Part shown: in pieces, positions 4,974 to 5,749 of the stretch
Position numbering within the stretch: position 1 is the first letter of the stretch
Layout: each line of letters begins with the position of its first letter
From: a plasmid
Length of the DNA: 5,749 bases
Sequence record: NZ_CP102537.1
Reading direction: 5' to 3' (one strand)
The notes under the pieces: generated by a model
Told to the model about the DNA's origin: nothing
Database searches by the model: none
What the model saw: only the letters and a program-made list of their open reading frames with translations
Made by a program: the position numbers and the translations under genes

Positions 4974-5079
4974 ATCCGGCGTCCTCCACTGGGATTTCGC
5001 ATTTAGAAAGAAAACCAGAACCGGAAAACATTCGTCAGCGAACCACCAAAACTATTACACTATCAGAATATTAGTGCGA

Positions 5080-5085
5080 TAGAAT
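5080..5085 (+). promoter_or_regulatory. Candidate -10 hexamer TAGAAT, 6 nt upstream of the parA ATG, with no SD. This implies a leaderless parA transcript.
   Basis: Same -10-to-ATG geometry as at ORF 4359-4862. An iteron-like segment ACTATTACACTATCA (5051-5065) lies just upstream. Confidence 0.3.
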
Positions 5086-5091
5086 AACGGC

Positions 5092-5691
5092 ATGATACTT
5101 AGCATTATCGCGTCAAAAGGCGGAACCGGGAAAACGACCAGCAGCATATTCCTAGCCTGCGCCGCTCATACCGCAGACCCGTCACTGTCAATCACCCTCT
5201 TGGACGCCGACCCACAGCAAAGCGCCACGGACTGGGCGGAAGAAGCCGAGCAAAACAAAGACCCGCTCCCTTTCATGGTCAAATACGCCGGAGAATCGGA
5301 CATCGAAAACCTAAAGGACAACGAGGGCCTGACCATCATCGACACGGCACCGGGATTCACCGACCTCACCCAGACAATCATCGCCAAATCAGATCTGTGC
5401 ATCATCACCACCTCACCAACCCAGATTGACGCCCGGAGGGCTTGGAAGACGTTCGAAGCAATCCAAAGAGCAGGCGGAACCTCGGCAATCCTCATCACAC
5501 GAGCCAATACGCGCACGAAGGATTTCAGGGATATGATCGACGACCTGCACAACGACGACGCGAACAATGGAATCCTCTTCGATACCGTCATCAGACAATC
5601 GACCAGATACTCGAAGCCGTTCGGACACACGCCAAAGAAAACCTACGACTATGCAGACGCATGGCAAGAGATACAGAAAGCAGGGGAATGA
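5092..5691 (+). CDS. parA: ParA/Soj-family partition ATPase, small type Ib form, 199 aa.
   Basis: Deviant Walker A KGGTGKTT at the extreme N-terminus (MILSIIASKGGTGKTTS). Walker A' is DADPQ and Walker B is IIDTAPG. Its size and the absence of an N-terminal HTH fit the ParF-like subclass. Confidence 0.88.
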   Translation: MILSIIASKGGTGKTTSSIFLACAAHTADPSLSITLLDADPQQSATDWAEEAEQNKDPLPFMVKYAGESDIENLKDNEGLTIIDTAPGFTDLTQTIIAKSDLCIITTSPTQIDARRAWKTFEAIQRAGGTSAILITRANTRTKDFRDMIDDLHNDDANNGILFDTVIRQSTRYSKPFGHTPKKTYDYADAWQEIQKAGE

Positions 5692-5749
5692 TGGCACTCG
5701 GAAAATTCAGCAGGAAAGCAGCCGAACAGGCACCCGGCGACATCTCAAT
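5688..5749 (+). CDS. 5'-partial CDS, MMALGKFSRKAAEQAPGDIS..., that runs off the window end. Its start overlaps the parA stop as ATGA. Candidate N-terminal flexible tail of a ParG-like centromere-binding partner. It is in frame with the partial ORF at 1-196 across the end-to-start junction.
   Basis: ATG 5688-5690 overlaps TGA 5689-5691. The frame is open to the end. The last two bases AT plus base 1 G form ATG, and the frame continues into the frame-2 ORF ending at 196. Confidence 0.45.
   Translation, partial: MMALGKFSRKAAEQAPGDIS

Overview
The window reads as a small, mosaic, plasmid-like replicon of a high-GC Gram-positive (actinobacterial-type) host, and it may be a complete circle. Its features, in order: (i) the 3' end of a ribbon-helix-helix (RHH) ORF, 1-196 (+). 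(ii) An iteron array of 8-bp ATGACACT repeats, 194-275. (iii) A 494-aa HUH rolling-circle Rep with an N-terminal Cys4 cluster, 253-1737 (-). (iv) A GC-rich hairpin with a T-tract at 1812-1848 and a 10-bp palindrome in the rep upstream region. (v) A five-gene leftward operon, 4223->1864, with tight or overlapping gene junctions: unknown 131 aa, CopG-like RHH 55 aa, unknown 123 aa, two-helix membrane protein 190 aa, and an FtsK/SpoIIIE-family ATPase 286 aa (TraB/TraSA-like, the actinomycete dsDNA-transfer type). (vi) A divergent promoter/operator region, 4224-4358, crowded with palindromes. (vii) A lower-GC module, 4359-5749, holding an unknown HTH-containing ORF, a nested inverted-repeat/palindrome cluster, a small deviant-Walker-A ParA, and the 5' end of an ORF that overlaps the parA stop. 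That last ORF joins in frame (ATG across the junction) to the partial ORF at position 1, giving an 85-aa ParG-like protein if the sequence is circular. The most interesting points are the transfer operon with two unknown genes, the ambiguous role of the iteron array (Rep origin, centromere or clt), the possible countertranscript/terminator hairpin upstream of rep, apparently leaderless transcripts, and the compositional mosaicism.
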